The notes below the pieces were generated by a model, which saw nothing but the letters and a program-made list of their open reading frames with translations, searched no databases and was not told the DNA's origin. A DNA stretch of 64,000 bases from an uncultured Cytophagia bacterium (GTDB lineage Bacteria > Zhuqueibacterota > Zhuqueibacteria > Thermofontimicrobiales > Thiofontviventaceae), in the NCBI GenBank assembly GCA_964498785.1, contig CAZCJL010000002.1:40919-104918 (forward strand). Direction: 5' to 3'. This document shows positions 28,505 through 37,752 of this stretch, piece by piece. The first letter of the stretch is position 1, and every line of letters starts with the position of its first letter. The translations under genes were made by a program, and so were the position numbers.

Positions 28505-28545
28505 ACGGCATAGTTCATCGATTCGGGCTGTGCCGTTCTCGTTTT
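28505..28545 (+). terminator. Probable rho-independent terminator after the OPT transporter gene
   Basis: acggcatag-(14-nt loop)-ctgtgccgt followed by TCTCGTTTT. Confidence 0.45.
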
Positions 28546-28582
28546 GAAGAATTTATCCTTGCTAAAATAGAATAAAAACAAG

Positions 28583-28611
28583 TTGACATTTATTGAAATC
28601 TTTGTTATAAT
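28583..28611 (+). promoter_or_regulatory. Perfect-consensus sigma-70 promoter (TTGACA-17-TATAAT)
   Basis: TTGACA at 28583-28588, a 17-nt spacer and TATAAT at 28606-28611. The ORF-track ORF that starts at 28583 uses the TTG inside the -35 element and is therefore an artefact at its 5' end. Confidence 0.5.
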
Positions 28612-28645
28612 GAAAAACATAAACAAAAATGAGGCGCTATTTTCG

Positions 28646-28906
28646 ATGGCGATTATTATGAAAAAAATATATCTATTTTTGATTATTTCTTGGCTTGTAG
28701 CACGCTTAAAATTGACGATTGAGCTATCACGACTGGCAATTTTTAAACTTATGCCAAAAGCACAAATCCATGAAGTGTCTAATATTTCAAAATCATTGCC
28801 GCTAACTTTGTGGAATTATGAAGAAAATAGGGTAAGCTTTTTATGCTTCGATCCATTAGAAAATCAGTTTTTGATAAATGAATTTCCGCCAATTAGCGGA
28901 AATTAA
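28646..28906 (+). CDS. Small hypothetical membrane protein (86 aa), or an untranslated leader
   Basis: ATG 35 nt downstream of the consensus promoter, with GAGG 12 nt upstream. It has one hydrophobic helix (IYLFLIISWLVARL). A perfect 9-bp hairpin aatttccgc-caatta-gcggaaatt overlaps the stop codon. The coding status is uncertain. Confidence 0.3.
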   Translation: MAIIMKKIYLFLIISWLVARLKLTIELSRLAIFKLMPKAQIHEVSNISKSLPLTLWNYEENRVSFLCFDPLENQFLINEFPPISGN

Positions 28907-28938
28907 AAAGTAAATTATACAAGTATAGTGAGCAGGTA

Positions 28939-29769
28939 ATGAGCGCAGATAATGTAAAGCGTGCAAAGTTATGTCCGAATTGCGGGAAATTAATTAATGC
29001 CGATGCAAAAGAATGTATTCATTGTGGATATAAAAATCCCGGAAAAACGAATTTAGGTAGTTTAATTTCAAGCTTGTTTTACGGAAAAGTGAGTTTTATC
29101 CAATCAGTAACCCTGGTATGTATGTCTTTATACATTCTCAGTATCTTTCTCGACCCATCCGCTATTTTAAAACAAGCCGGTATTTTTAATCTGCTATCTC
29201 CAAGTTTATTAAGTCTTGATAAACTGGGTATGACAGGCAGTTATGCAATGGCCAGGGGTCGTTTTTGGACATTAATAACCGCGATTTATTTACACGGCAG
29301 TTTATTGCATATTGTTTTTAATTTATTATGGATTCGTCAGTTAGGCCCGGCTGTGGAGGAGCTGTTTGGTGTTTCCCGTCTGATACTTATTTTTACATTT
29401 TCTGGAGTTGCCGGCTTTATTATCTCCAATCTAATTGGAATACAGTTTACGATAGGCGCCAGTGGCTCCATTTTTGGATTGCTGGGCGCTTTGATTTATT
29501 ATGGTCGTCATCGTGGTGGTGTGTTTGGGCAGGCGCTGTTTCGGCAACTTATGGGATGGGCTGTTATTCTGTTTCTATTTGGATTTATGATGTCAGGTAT
29601 TAATAATTATGCACACGGTGGTGGGTTCGTGGGTGGCTATCTTACAGCACGATTGTTTGGCTATTTGGAGCTAAACCGAGAAACCCCGCTTATTAAAAAG
29701 CTGGCGGCTGTTACAATTATCGTGACTGTGCTTTCGTTTGTATTCGCAATTATAAGTACTTTCAGATAA
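28939..29769 (+). CDS. Rhomboid-family intramembrane serine protease with an N-terminal zinc ribbon
   Basis: CPNCGKLINADAKECIHCGY zinc ribbon. Rhomboid catalytic motifs GASGSIFGLLGA (Ser) and AHGGGFVGG (His), in six TM helices. Confidence 0.85.
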   Translation: MSADNVKRAKLCPNCGKLINADAKECIHCGYKNPGKTNLGSLISSLFYGKVSFIQSVTLVCMSLYILSIFLDPSAILKQAGIFNLLSPSLLSLDKLGMTGSYAMARGRFWTLITAIYLHGSLLHIVFNLLWIRQLGPAVEELFGVSRLILIFTFSGVAGFIISNLIGIQFTIGASGSIFGLLGALIYYGRHRGGVFGQALFRQLMGWAVILFLFGFMMSGINNYAHGGGFVGGYLTARLFGYLELNRETPLIKKLAAVTIIVTVLSFVFAIISTFR

Positions 29770-29889
29770 TCCTGGTTATTAATACTTACCATTTCTTAAT
29801 GTGATTTAAAGATTTTCTTTATGAACGAATAATATAAAATGGAAGTAAATTTATGTTATTTATACAAAGATAGTCTAACATAAATATTT

Positions 29890-29918
29890 GAAAAAGTATT
29901 TGACTATTTAAAAAAATA
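29890..29918 (+). promoter_or_regulatory. Candidate promoter for the ferredoxin gene (TTGACT-17-TATTTT)
   Basis: -35 TTGACT at 29890-29895, a 17-nt spacer and a -10-like TATTTT at 29913-29918. The match is weaker than the others. Confidence 0.3.
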
Positions 29919-29965
29919 TGATTATTTTAGGCATAAATAATTTACGATAAAAATAAATAGACTAA

Positions 29966-30178
<213 letters not shown>

Positions 30179-30206
30179 ATATATCTCTTAAAATATGTTT
30201 ATCTAA

Positions 30207-30237
30207 GGGCAGAACCTAATTCTGCCCTTTGTTGTTT
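30207..30237 (+). terminator. Rho-independent terminator after the ferredoxin gene
   Basis: gggcagaa-cctaa-ttctgccc followed by TTTGTTGTTT. Confidence 0.75.
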
Positions 30238-30355
30238 ATATGTACCCCTCCGGTTTATGTAGCAACTTTGTTTTTTTACTTGATTTTCGAGAATATTTAG
30301 TTTAAATTATCGTAACGTAATTTAAACATTTTTTATATTATAAAGGGCTTTAATT

Positions 30356-31186
30356 ATGTTACGTAAAATGATATGCACGTTTATTCTCCTTGTGGGTTTC
30401 TACAACACATCCCTTTACGCACAACTGGATAATTATAGGATTTCTAATGTTAAAGATTTTAAGCCTGTTTTTTTAGTTGATATGCCCACCGCGAATATAT
30501 TAACAGATGAGAGCGAGAACAATCGGGAACCGGCTAAATATTTTTTATTAACACTGCGCGTGTATAAACTTGGTGGAATGAACGGCGGGTTAATGGTTGG
30601 CTTAACCAGGCATTTGATGTTTGGAGTTTCTTATGGTGGACAAAATTTGATTGGGGAAGGAAAAATTAATTGGAATCCTTCGCCGGGCATCAGTGTTCGC
30701 TATAAACTTTTTAGCGAAAGGTACCCTTTTCCTCCGGAAATTTCAATCGGTTATAATTCACAAGGATGGGGCAGTTACGATGAGGACTTGAAACGGTACG
30801 AAATTAAATCACCGGGTCTTTATCTGGTGATGAGCAAAAATTATTCCAATGCGATTGGTAATCTTGGATTTCATGGTGGAGTAAATTACAGCCAGGAAAA
30901 TCAGGGTGGAGATAAAGATTTAAATATATTTTTAGGCGCACATCTAATTTTAGAAGAAGAACTTTCCCTTGTGTGGGAATACGATTTTGGAACAAATGAT
31001 AATGATGAAAAGTCTTATGGAGCAGGAAAAGGGTACATGAATGTAGGGATCCGATGGTTATTTGCTCGTCAATTAATTCTTGAGTTCTCTGCTAAAAATT
31101 TGCTTAATAATAAAAAGGGCGAGGACGGAAAGGCCGAACCATTATCAAACAGAGAAATGAAAATTATATACCGTCAGGAATTATAA
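30356..31186 (+). CDS. Hypothetical secreted protein, possibly an OM beta-barrel
   Basis: Signal peptide (ICTFILLVGFYNTSLYAQ). Alternating hydrophobic pattern with Gly/aromatic residues. No identifiable motif. Confidence 0.5.
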   Translation: MLRKMICTFILLVGFYNTSLYAQLDNYRISNVKDFKPVFLVDMPTANILTDESENNREPAKYFLLTLRVYKLGGMNGGLMVGLTRHLMFGVSYGGQNLIGEGKINWNPSPGISVRYKLFSERYPFPPEISIGYNSQGWGSYDEDLKRYEIKSPGLYLVMSKNYSNAIGNLGFHGGVNYSQENQGGDKDLNIFLGAHLILEEELSLVWEYDFGTNDNDEKSYGAGKGYMNVGIRWLFARQLILEFSAKNLLNNKKGEDGKAEPLSNREMKIIYRQEL

Positions 31187-31205
31187 TAAAATTCAGGACA
31201 TAGTG

Positions 31206-31757
31206 ATGACGAATAAAATTAAAATGATCACTCTTTTGTTTATTAGCATGTACGTATTTGGATGTTATACTGTAATAACACACCCCCAAATTTCTGAGGA
31301 CATAATTAGCGAAAATGAATATATGGATGATAATGTAACGCATTTTGATGAGTGTACCCAATGTCATAATAATTTTGATCGCTTTCGTCCTTTTAAAGAA
31401 AATTATCATACAATGTTAAGTAATGATTATGATAATTATGACTGGCAATATTATTATACCATGCCCTGGTGGGAAGAAGATCGATATTTTTCTCTGGTAA
31501 ATACCGGGCAGAAAAGCAGAAAACTACCGCCAACTCAGAAACGATCTGTTGGGCAAAGAAATAACTCTGTACCAACAACTTCTACTACTGCGCCATCTCA
31601 ACCAGGCAATTTAAGTAAATCTGTCCCTCCTGATAATAATGTAACGACAACCACAGAAAAGAAAACCAGTGATACAAATAAACGAACCTCATCTCGCCGA
31701 AGCACTGGCACTGAACTTAAGAAAAAGAAAAAGTCATCCGGGAGTGACAAGAAATAG
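31206..31757 (+). CDS. Lipoprotein with a single CXXCH motif and a Ser/Thr/Lys-rich disordered tail
   Basis: Lipobox LLFISMYVFGC. The motif is DECTQCHNN. The C-terminal 80 aa are low complexity (TTSTTAPSQ..KKKKKSSGSDKK). The ATG is at 31206; the track's 31203 is a GTG. Confidence 0.5.
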   Translation: MTNKIKMITLLFISMYVFGCYTVITHPQISEDIISENEYMDDNVTHFDECTQCHNNFDRFRPFKENYHTMLSNDYDNYDWQYYYTMPWWEEDRYFSLVNTGQKSRKLPPTQKRSVGQRNNSVPTTSTTAPSQPGNLSKSVPPDNNVTTTTEKKTSDTNKRTSSRRSTGTELKKKKKSSGSDKK

Positions 31758-31796
31758 CCAGTTTTTTAAAAATAGCCGTAATATACAGGAGGTGAA

Positions 31797-34172
31797 ATGC
31801 TGCGAGGAATCAAAATTGCGTTAGGATTATTGATTGTATTCGGAATTACGGCAATTGTTGTTATAGTGCTTTCGATTCGATTAGCAAAGGATTCATTGCC
31901 ACAAACTGATGGTACAATTAAATTATATGGACTTCGATCATCATGCAAAATATACCGTGATGATTTTGGCGTCCCACATATTATTGCCAGAAATGAAGAA
32001 GATCTTTTTTTTGCTTTAGGATATGTTCATGCACAAGATCGGTTGTGGCAGATGGATTTCCATCGTCGGGTGGCAACAGGAACGCTTTCTGAAATTTATG
32101 GTGAACGAACGATCCGTAGTGACAAATTTTATCGGACAATTGGTTTATATGATATCGCTCAAAAAATTGCAACGAATTTAACTCCAGAATCACGCAATTT
32201 ACTGTTTCATTACATTGCTGGTATAAATAATTACATCAAAAAAAATTATAATAATTTACCCATCGAATTTGCCCAACTGAAATATCGGCCAGAACCCTGG
32301 AAAATACAAGATATTATCGCATTACAAAGACTCGTCGCGTGGGAGTGTTCAAAATCACGATATTACGATCTGTTAATCGGCAACCTGGTCGCGAAATGTG
32401 GTTATCGAAAAGTGAATGAGTTATATCCGGGATATTTGAAAACACAATCATCTTTCCTGGCGAATCAATTAAAAGCAGCTCAAAATCTTATCCTCGATGT
32501 GACTGATTTTATGTTTAAAGTGCCTGAATTTGGGTTCTCATTTTTTGCAAATCAGATGTTTTGTGTAAATGGGGAAAAAACCATCACAGGAAAACCGATA
32601 TGTGCCTTTGCTCCCATTCAAAAACCTGCGTTACCTTCAAATTGGTACGAGGTACATCTTGTCGCCCCTTTTATTAATAGCTACGGATTGACAATGCCCG
32701 GGTTGCCTGCACTTATGTCTTCCTTCAATGATAATTTTATCTGGATTTTGGCGTCGCTAAACTCCGATGATCTTGATTTTTATATCGAACAAGTCGATTC
32801 TTTTCGCTATTTTTATAAAAATAGATGGTATCCACTGGAAACGAAAACAGAAATTATTAAAATTAAAGATAATGAACCACTGGAACTACTGGTGCGTACT
32901 ACAAAACACGGCCCGATTGTTTCCGATTTGCTGAACAAAACTTATGCGAACGGTTTCGCAATGTCTGTTAAATGGCTTGGCCAAGAATTGACAGATGATT
33001 TTTCCGGATATTATCATCTGTTAAAATCGAGAAATGTAAACGATTTACCGGATGCCGCACATTCGATGAAAGTGCCGGCTTATAAAATAATGTATGCAGA
33101 TACAACAAATAATATCGGATTAAAAGTGGTTGGAATGCTGCTTAACAGACCAATCGGGGAGGCCGCTGTGCCACTCCCTGGTTGGAACAGTCGATATGAT
33201 TGGCCAGACTTTATGCCGCAAAGTCGTTTAGACCGCTATGTAATTGTTGATAAAAAATATATATTTGCAGATAATACAACAGACGATTCTATCGATGAAT
33301 TACAGATTACATCTTATTTAGCGCCTGAATGTCGCTTTAATCATTTCAGAGAAACGATAGAGTCCGATGATAAAATTACTATTGCTATGATTAAAGGGGT
33401 TCAGAATGAAATATATTCGCGACAAGCAAAATCGCTGGTTCCTCATTTTTTGAAGGTACTGCAATCTGTTCCCGATCACAGCAATCTCCAAACATTCTTT
33501 ATTGATAATTTGGAGCAATGGAATTATTCTATGAATAAAAAGAAAATTGCTCCGACTATTTATAATATGTGTGTTGTGAGGCTTATGGAACAGATTTTTA
33601 AAGACGAGATGGGAGATTCGCTTTTTTCTTTTTTTACTGAGACCCCGGAGGCAATAGCCGCGTCTCTAACAAATATAAATGAAACAACATGGATAGACGA
33701 TATTAGGACAACTGAAAACGAAAATTTAGATAGTATAATTTTAAGAAGTCTTGATGTTGCTTATCAATCTTTAGTACAAAAATATGGGGACATAGTAGAT
33801 GACTGGCGATGGGGCAAGGTTCATCAAATGTATTATGTGCATGAACTCGGTAAAGAATATCCGGATAATTGGGTGTTTAATATTGAATCAGTCTCATTAA
33901 ACGGGGCGAATTGTACAATCGATAACAGTGCGTATGAAGTGAGACGGTTGTTCAATGTTGCAGCAATTACCACCTGTCGCGGTATTGTTGATCTTTCACA
34001 TATTGAGAATTCACAGATGATTATTTCGGTTGGCCAGTCCGGTCAACCGCTGGATGAGCATTACAAAGACCAGTTTTTACTATGGCAAAAAGGGCTCTAT
34101 CGAAATATTATATTTAATCAGGAGACGATACAACATTCGGGTTACAACCTGTTAGTTTTAAAACCAAATTAA
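31797..34172 (+). CDS. Penicillin acylase family Ntn-hydrolase (possible AHL/penicillin amidase)
   Basis: N-terminal FGVPHIIARNEEDLFFALGYVHAQDRLWQMDFHRR is characteristic of the S45 penicillin amidase family. Signal/TM anchor. SD AGGAGGTG. Confidence 0.85.
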   Translation: MLRGIKIALGLLIVFGITAIVVIVLSIRLAKDSLPQTDGTIKLYGLRSSCKIYRDDFGVPHIIARNEEDLFFALGYVHAQDRLWQMDFHRRVATGTLSEIYGERTIRSDKFYRTIGLYDIAQKIATNLTPESRNLLFHYIAGINNYIKKNYNNLPIEFAQLKYRPEPWKIQDIIALQRLVAWECSKSRYYDLLIGNLVAKCGYRKVNELYPGYLKTQSSFLANQLKAAQNLILDVTDFMFKVPEFGFSFFANQMFCVNGEKTITGKPICAFAPIQKPALPSNWYEVHLVAPFINSYGLTMPGLPALMSSFNDNFIWILASLNSDDLDFYIEQVDSFRYFYKNRWYPLETKTEIIKIKDNEPLELLVRTTKHGPIVSDLLNKTYANGFAMSVKWLGQELTDDFSGYYHLLKSRNVNDLPDAAHSMKVPAYKIMYADTTNNIGLKVVGMLLNRPIGEAAVPLPGWNSRYDWPDFMPQSRLDRYVIVDKKYIFADNTTDDSIDELQITSYLAPECRFNHFRETIESDDKITIAMIKGVQNEIYSRQAKSLVPHFLKVLQSVPDHSNLQTFFIDNLEQWNYSMNKKKIAPTIYNMCVVRLMEQIFKDEMGDSLFSFFTETPEAIAASLTNINETTWIDDIRTTENENLDSIILRSLDVAYQSLVQKYGDIVDDWRWGKVHQMYYVHELGKEYPDNWVFNIESVSLNGANCTIDNSAYEVRRLFNVAAITTCRGIVDLSHIENSQMIISVGQSGQPLDEHYKDQFLLWQKGLYRNIIFNQETIQHSGYNLLVLKPN

Positions 34173-34183
34173 AGGCTTGTTCA

Positions 34184-35161
34184 ATGGAGCAAAAATTAAT
34201 TAAGGATTTGAAACCAGGTGATTCTGTATTAACTTTTTTTGTGATTCGTAAAAAAGAAATCAAACAAAAAAAGTCAAACGGAGATCTATATCTATCTTTT
34301 GAATTTGGTGATCGTTCCGGAAGAATTCGAGGATCAGTGTGGGAAAACGTGGAAAAATTATATCAGGAATTTCATGTTTCCGATGTGGTGAAAGTCAAGG
34401 GAAAAGTGATCAGTTATCGCGAAGAAGCCCATCTTTCTATTGGAAAAATGCGAAAAACAATTACGTCAGACAATATCCGCCCGCAGCAATTCCTTCCTGA
34501 AAGCAATACTGATAATAAAGAAATAGATCGTGAATTAATGGATTGGATTGCCAGCATTCATAATGCCCATATCAAAACCCTATTAGAGGGGATTTTCAAT
34601 GATCCGGAAATAAGGGAAAAATTCATGTTTGCACCAGCCGCCAAATTGTGGCATCATAATTATTTGGGCGGATTGGCGGAACATACATTATCTCTGATAA
34701 ATCTGTGCCATCAATTACATCAACTCTATCCTCAACTAAATCGGGATGTTTTATTAGCCGCCGCGTTACTGCACGATCTTGGCAAAATTTATGAGTTGGA
34801 AACCAAAGGATTTATTAATTATTCTGCTGAAGGTCGTTTGATAGGCCATATTTCCATGGCATGCGAAATCGTGAACGATAAAACAAAAAACATAAAAGAT
34901 TTTCCCGACACCATAAAACAACAACTATTACATTGTATTTTAAGCCACCATGGCAAGCAGGAATACGGTTCCCCGGTTGTGCCGATGACTTTAGAAGCGC
35001 TGGTATTGAATTATGCGGATGAACTTGATTCAACGATTGCTGCATTTATGCGCATTAAAAAGAAAGATCACGAACCAGGAAAACAATGGAGTAATTATGT
35101 GAATTTGCTGGATCGTTTTCTATATATCGAAGATTTGTCAGAACATAAATCTTCCGATTGA
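34184..35161 (+). CDS. YhaM-like 3'-5' exoribonuclease (OB-fold plus HD domain)
   Basis: N-terminal OB-fold region and a C-terminal HD motif (HTLSLINL...LLHDLGKIYE). Confidence 0.75.
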   Translation: MEQKLIKDLKPGDSVLTFFVIRKKEIKQKKSNGDLYLSFEFGDRSGRIRGSVWENVEKLYQEFHVSDVVKVKGKVISYREEAHLSIGKMRKTITSDNIRPQQFLPESNTDNKEIDRELMDWIASIHNAHIKTLLEGIFNDPEIREKFMFAPAAKLWHHNYLGGLAEHTLSLINLCHQLHQLYPQLNRDVLLAAALLHDLGKIYELETKGFINYSAEGRLIGHISMACEIVNDKTKNIKDFPDTIKQQLLHCILSHHGKQEYGSPVVPMTLEALVLNYADELDSTIAAFMRIKKKDHEPGKQWSNYVNLLDRFLYIEDLSEHKSSD

Positions 35162-35332
35162 GAGGGATGCATGTGCGGCAGACTGATTGCCTTGGAGATA
35201 ATCTATCTCAAAAGTAGTCCCGAAGCAGCTTTAGCGAGAAATAGTCTACAATTAATTCATTGCCCAAATCGTTTTTAGTAGACTCCATTAGACGCCTTAG
35301 TTAAAACGCTAAAACTGCTTCAGGTATCCCTC
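35162..35332. ncRNA. Candidate structured RNA element (unclassified). Three nested helices span about 170 nt of intergenic DNA.
   Basis: Closing helix gagggat(35162-35168)/atccctc(35326-35332). A 15-bp helix cgaagcagctttagcg(35221-35236)/cgctaaaactgcttc(35307-35321) with one mismatch. An inner helix agtctac(35243-35249)/gtagact(35278-35284) encloses a 28-nt loop. The strand is not determined. Confidence 0.25.
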
Positions 35333-35627
35333 CGAAATTAAATCAATTGTCATTTTTTATTTATTTTATAATTTTACAGTATCCCCTTCAATGATCATAC
35401 CAAAGATATGATTTTGTTAAAATGTCTGTTATTAATGTAGTTATAAAAATCAGATCGTTTCGCTTTCTTTATCATTTTGATACTGCAACCAAAAATTTAT
35501 TAAATTGAGAATTCAACATCCTGGTTTAATTAAATGCAGGCTATTTAAAAATTTAATTTCGATCTCGAAACTTTTACATCTATTTTACGTTTTAAAAACC
35601 AGTATTTCGATATTTAATGGAGGGATT

Positions 35628-36335
35628 ATGGATAATATCACTGCTGAAAAAAGCAACCATATAAGTACATTTGAAAAAATAGTAAATGTATTCGTAGAAC
35701 CAAAAACAACATTCCAAAGCCTAAATCAAAATCCGGATTGGTTTGTGCCGATGATTATCGTTCTTGCAATCGTTGTCTTGTTTACGACGATTATTATGCC
35801 AATTGTATTGCCCGAGCAGATGGAACAACAAAAAACAAAAATGGCAGAAAAGGGAATGAGTGACAAAGAAATTGCAAATGCCGTGGCAATCGGGCAAAAA
35901 GTTGGGAGAATCGTCGGTCCTATATCGGCGAGTATTGTAATGATAATATATTTACTTGCTGTTTCCGGCATTTTGTTATTCACCGGAAATATAATTATCG
36001 GCGGCGAAACCAGTTTCAAAAAAGTGCTATCCGTTGTAGCGTATTCATCTTTGATTGGCAGTTTGGGATCACTTTTAGTTTTGCCTCTTATTCTCGCTAA
36101 GAAGACCATGCATGTCGGTTACAACCTGGCAGCTTTCATGGCCTCGGATGCGCATAAAACTCCGCTGTACCAATTTTTATCAAAAATAGATTTCTTTGCA
36201 ATTTGGCAGGTCATCGTAATCGGGATCGGCTTGTCTGTCATTTATAGATTCACTCCCAAAAAATCAATATCAATGGTTGCGATTTTATATGTATTTTACG
36301 TTGTTATTTCAGTTGTGATAACAAGTGTATTTTAA
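35628..36335 (+). CDS. Yip1-family integral membrane protein
   Basis: About 235 aa with five TM helices and Yip1-like topology. The ATG at 35628 is preceded by GGAGGGA. The track's long N-terminal extension from 35505 begins at a TTG in an AT-rich spacer. Confidence 0.65.
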   Translation: MDNITAEKSNHISTFEKIVNVFVEPKTTFQSLNQNPDWFVPMIIVLAIVVLFTTIIMPIVLPEQMEQQKTKMAEKGMSDKEIANAVAIGQKVGRIVGPISASIVMIIYLLAVSGILLFTGNIIIGGETSFKKVLSVVAYSSLIGSLGSLLVLPLILAKKTMHVGYNLAAFMASDAHKTPLYQFLSKIDFFAIWQVIVIGIGLSVIYRFTPKKSISMVAILYVFYVVISVVITSVF

Positions 36336-36367
36336 ATTCATATCAGTTAAATTTTATAAGGGTTTAT

Positions 36368-37687
36368 ATGATGAAAAGCAGAATTTTGTTCATCGGGTTC
36401 ATCATCGCTTCTGTAATATCAGGTAGTTTGGATCTTCATGCCCGGGGTAAAGTCCATTCGGTTAATGATTGTATAAAAATTGCCCTAAAGAATAATACAG
36501 AGATTGTTTCAGCACAAAGCAATTATCAGATGTCGCAGGCTGGTTTAAAATCTGCCTGGGGCAATTTTATGCCATCAATTACTGCTTCAGCACAATGGCG
36601 TCGCCGAAATGAAGATTTGATTATGTTTCGGTTTAAAGACTTTGTTCAGTCAAAAGATTCGTACTATTACGGTGTGGAGATAAGTCAGCCACTTTTTACC
36701 GGTTTTGGAAATTACGCATCATTAAAACAAAGCCGGGCCGAAGAAAAGATGGCTCAAAATTATCTGACTGCCACCCAACAACAAACCGTACTGGAGGTTA
36801 AATTAAAATATTATGCTGTATTAAAAGCAATAGAGCTTTTAAAAGTGTCTCAAGAAGTGCTTCATGCCAGTGAGCAGGAATTGAAACGAATTGAGGCAAT
36901 GGAAGAAATTGGATCTGCCTCCCGTGCCGAAGTATATCAACAAAAGGTGCGGGTCGGCGAATATAAACTGTTACTAATCGACGCCCGAAATTCGCTGAGT
37001 ACTGCAAAAGCGGAGCTAAACCACACCTTAGGTATTGACGTTAACACTGAACTCAATCTCGAGGAAGAAATTTTAGAGGTTACTGATATTGATGTCAATT
37101 TCGAGGCGCTTGTAAATAAAGCACTAAATAACCGTGTGGATTATAAAGCTGCTCAGCAGAATGTGAATAGCGCTACAGCCAATATCACAATTCAAAAAAG
37201 CGGATACTTTCCATCTATATCCTTGAACGCTGATTATAGCTGGTTCGATGTTGAGCTCCCCCAGACTTCCAGAGCGTTGAAGGAATTTGATAATTATAGT
37301 ATAAGTTTGAATATGGGCATGACTATTTTTCAGGGATTTAAAACAAGAGCCAGAGTGAACAGTGCCAAAGCATCGCTAATAAAGGCCGAGGCAGAGCTGG
37401 AACAGACAAAACGTCAGGTTATGCTGGACGTAAAAACAGCAGTGCTCCATCTTCAAAAGGCGGCCGAAAATATAGAAATAACAAAGGAGAATTTAGCGTC
37501 CGCAGAAGAAGATTACCGTCTCGCATCGGAACGATACCGGGTGGGCTCCGGAACTTTGCTCGAGCAAATGAACGCAGAAAGCTCTCTCAGTCGCGCAAAA
37601 GCAAACAGAATTGAAGCACTATATGATTATCAATATTATGTGGCAGCTCTTGAATTAGCTGTTGGTAATTTAAAAGTTGTTTTTTAG
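36368..37687 (+). CDS. TolC-family outer-membrane efflux protein (OMF)
   Basis: Signal peptide and two OEP repeats with the typical coiled-coil pattern. It is the first gene of the efflux operon. Confidence 0.85.
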   Translation: MMKSRILFIGFIIASVISGSLDLHARGKVHSVNDCIKIALKNNTEIVSAQSNYQMSQAGLKSAWGNFMPSITASAQWRRRNEDLIMFRFKDFVQSKDSYYYGVEISQPLFTGFGNYASLKQSRAEEKMAQNYLTATQQQTVLEVKLKYYAVLKAIELLKVSQEVLHASEQELKRIEAMEEIGSASRAEVYQQKVRVGEYKLLLIDARNSLSTAKAELNHTLGIDVNTELNLEEEILEVTDIDVNFEALVNKALNNRVDYKAAQQNVNSATANITIQKSGYFPSISLNADYSWFDVELPQTSRALKEFDNYSISLNMGMTIFQGFKTRARVNSAKASLIKAEAELEQTKRQVMLDVKTAVLHLQKAAENIEITKENLASAEEDYRLASERYRVGSGTLLEQMNAESSLSRAKANRIEALYDYQYYVAALELAVGNLKVVF

Positions 37688-37752
37688 AATGTTTTTGTTG
37701 ACAATTGGTTTAAGAGAACCAAAAGGAATTTATGGTTAACAGGGAGATTTGA

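Noticed and set aside
35162-35332. SRP RNA (ffs), 6S RNA or tRNA identity for the structured element
   Set aside because: The SRP domain-IV consensus (GGAAGCAGCC with a GNRA tetraloop on a short helix) is not present, because the GAAGCAGC segment pairs long-range instead. There is no tRNA T-loop. The shape is not 6S-like (no central bubble). It is kept only as an unclassified candidate.
35505-35627. N-terminal extension of the Yip1 gene (ORF-track start 35505)
   Set aside because: It begins at a TTG in an AT-rich spacer. The ATG at 35628 is preceded by GGAGGGA and gives a typical Yip1 length.
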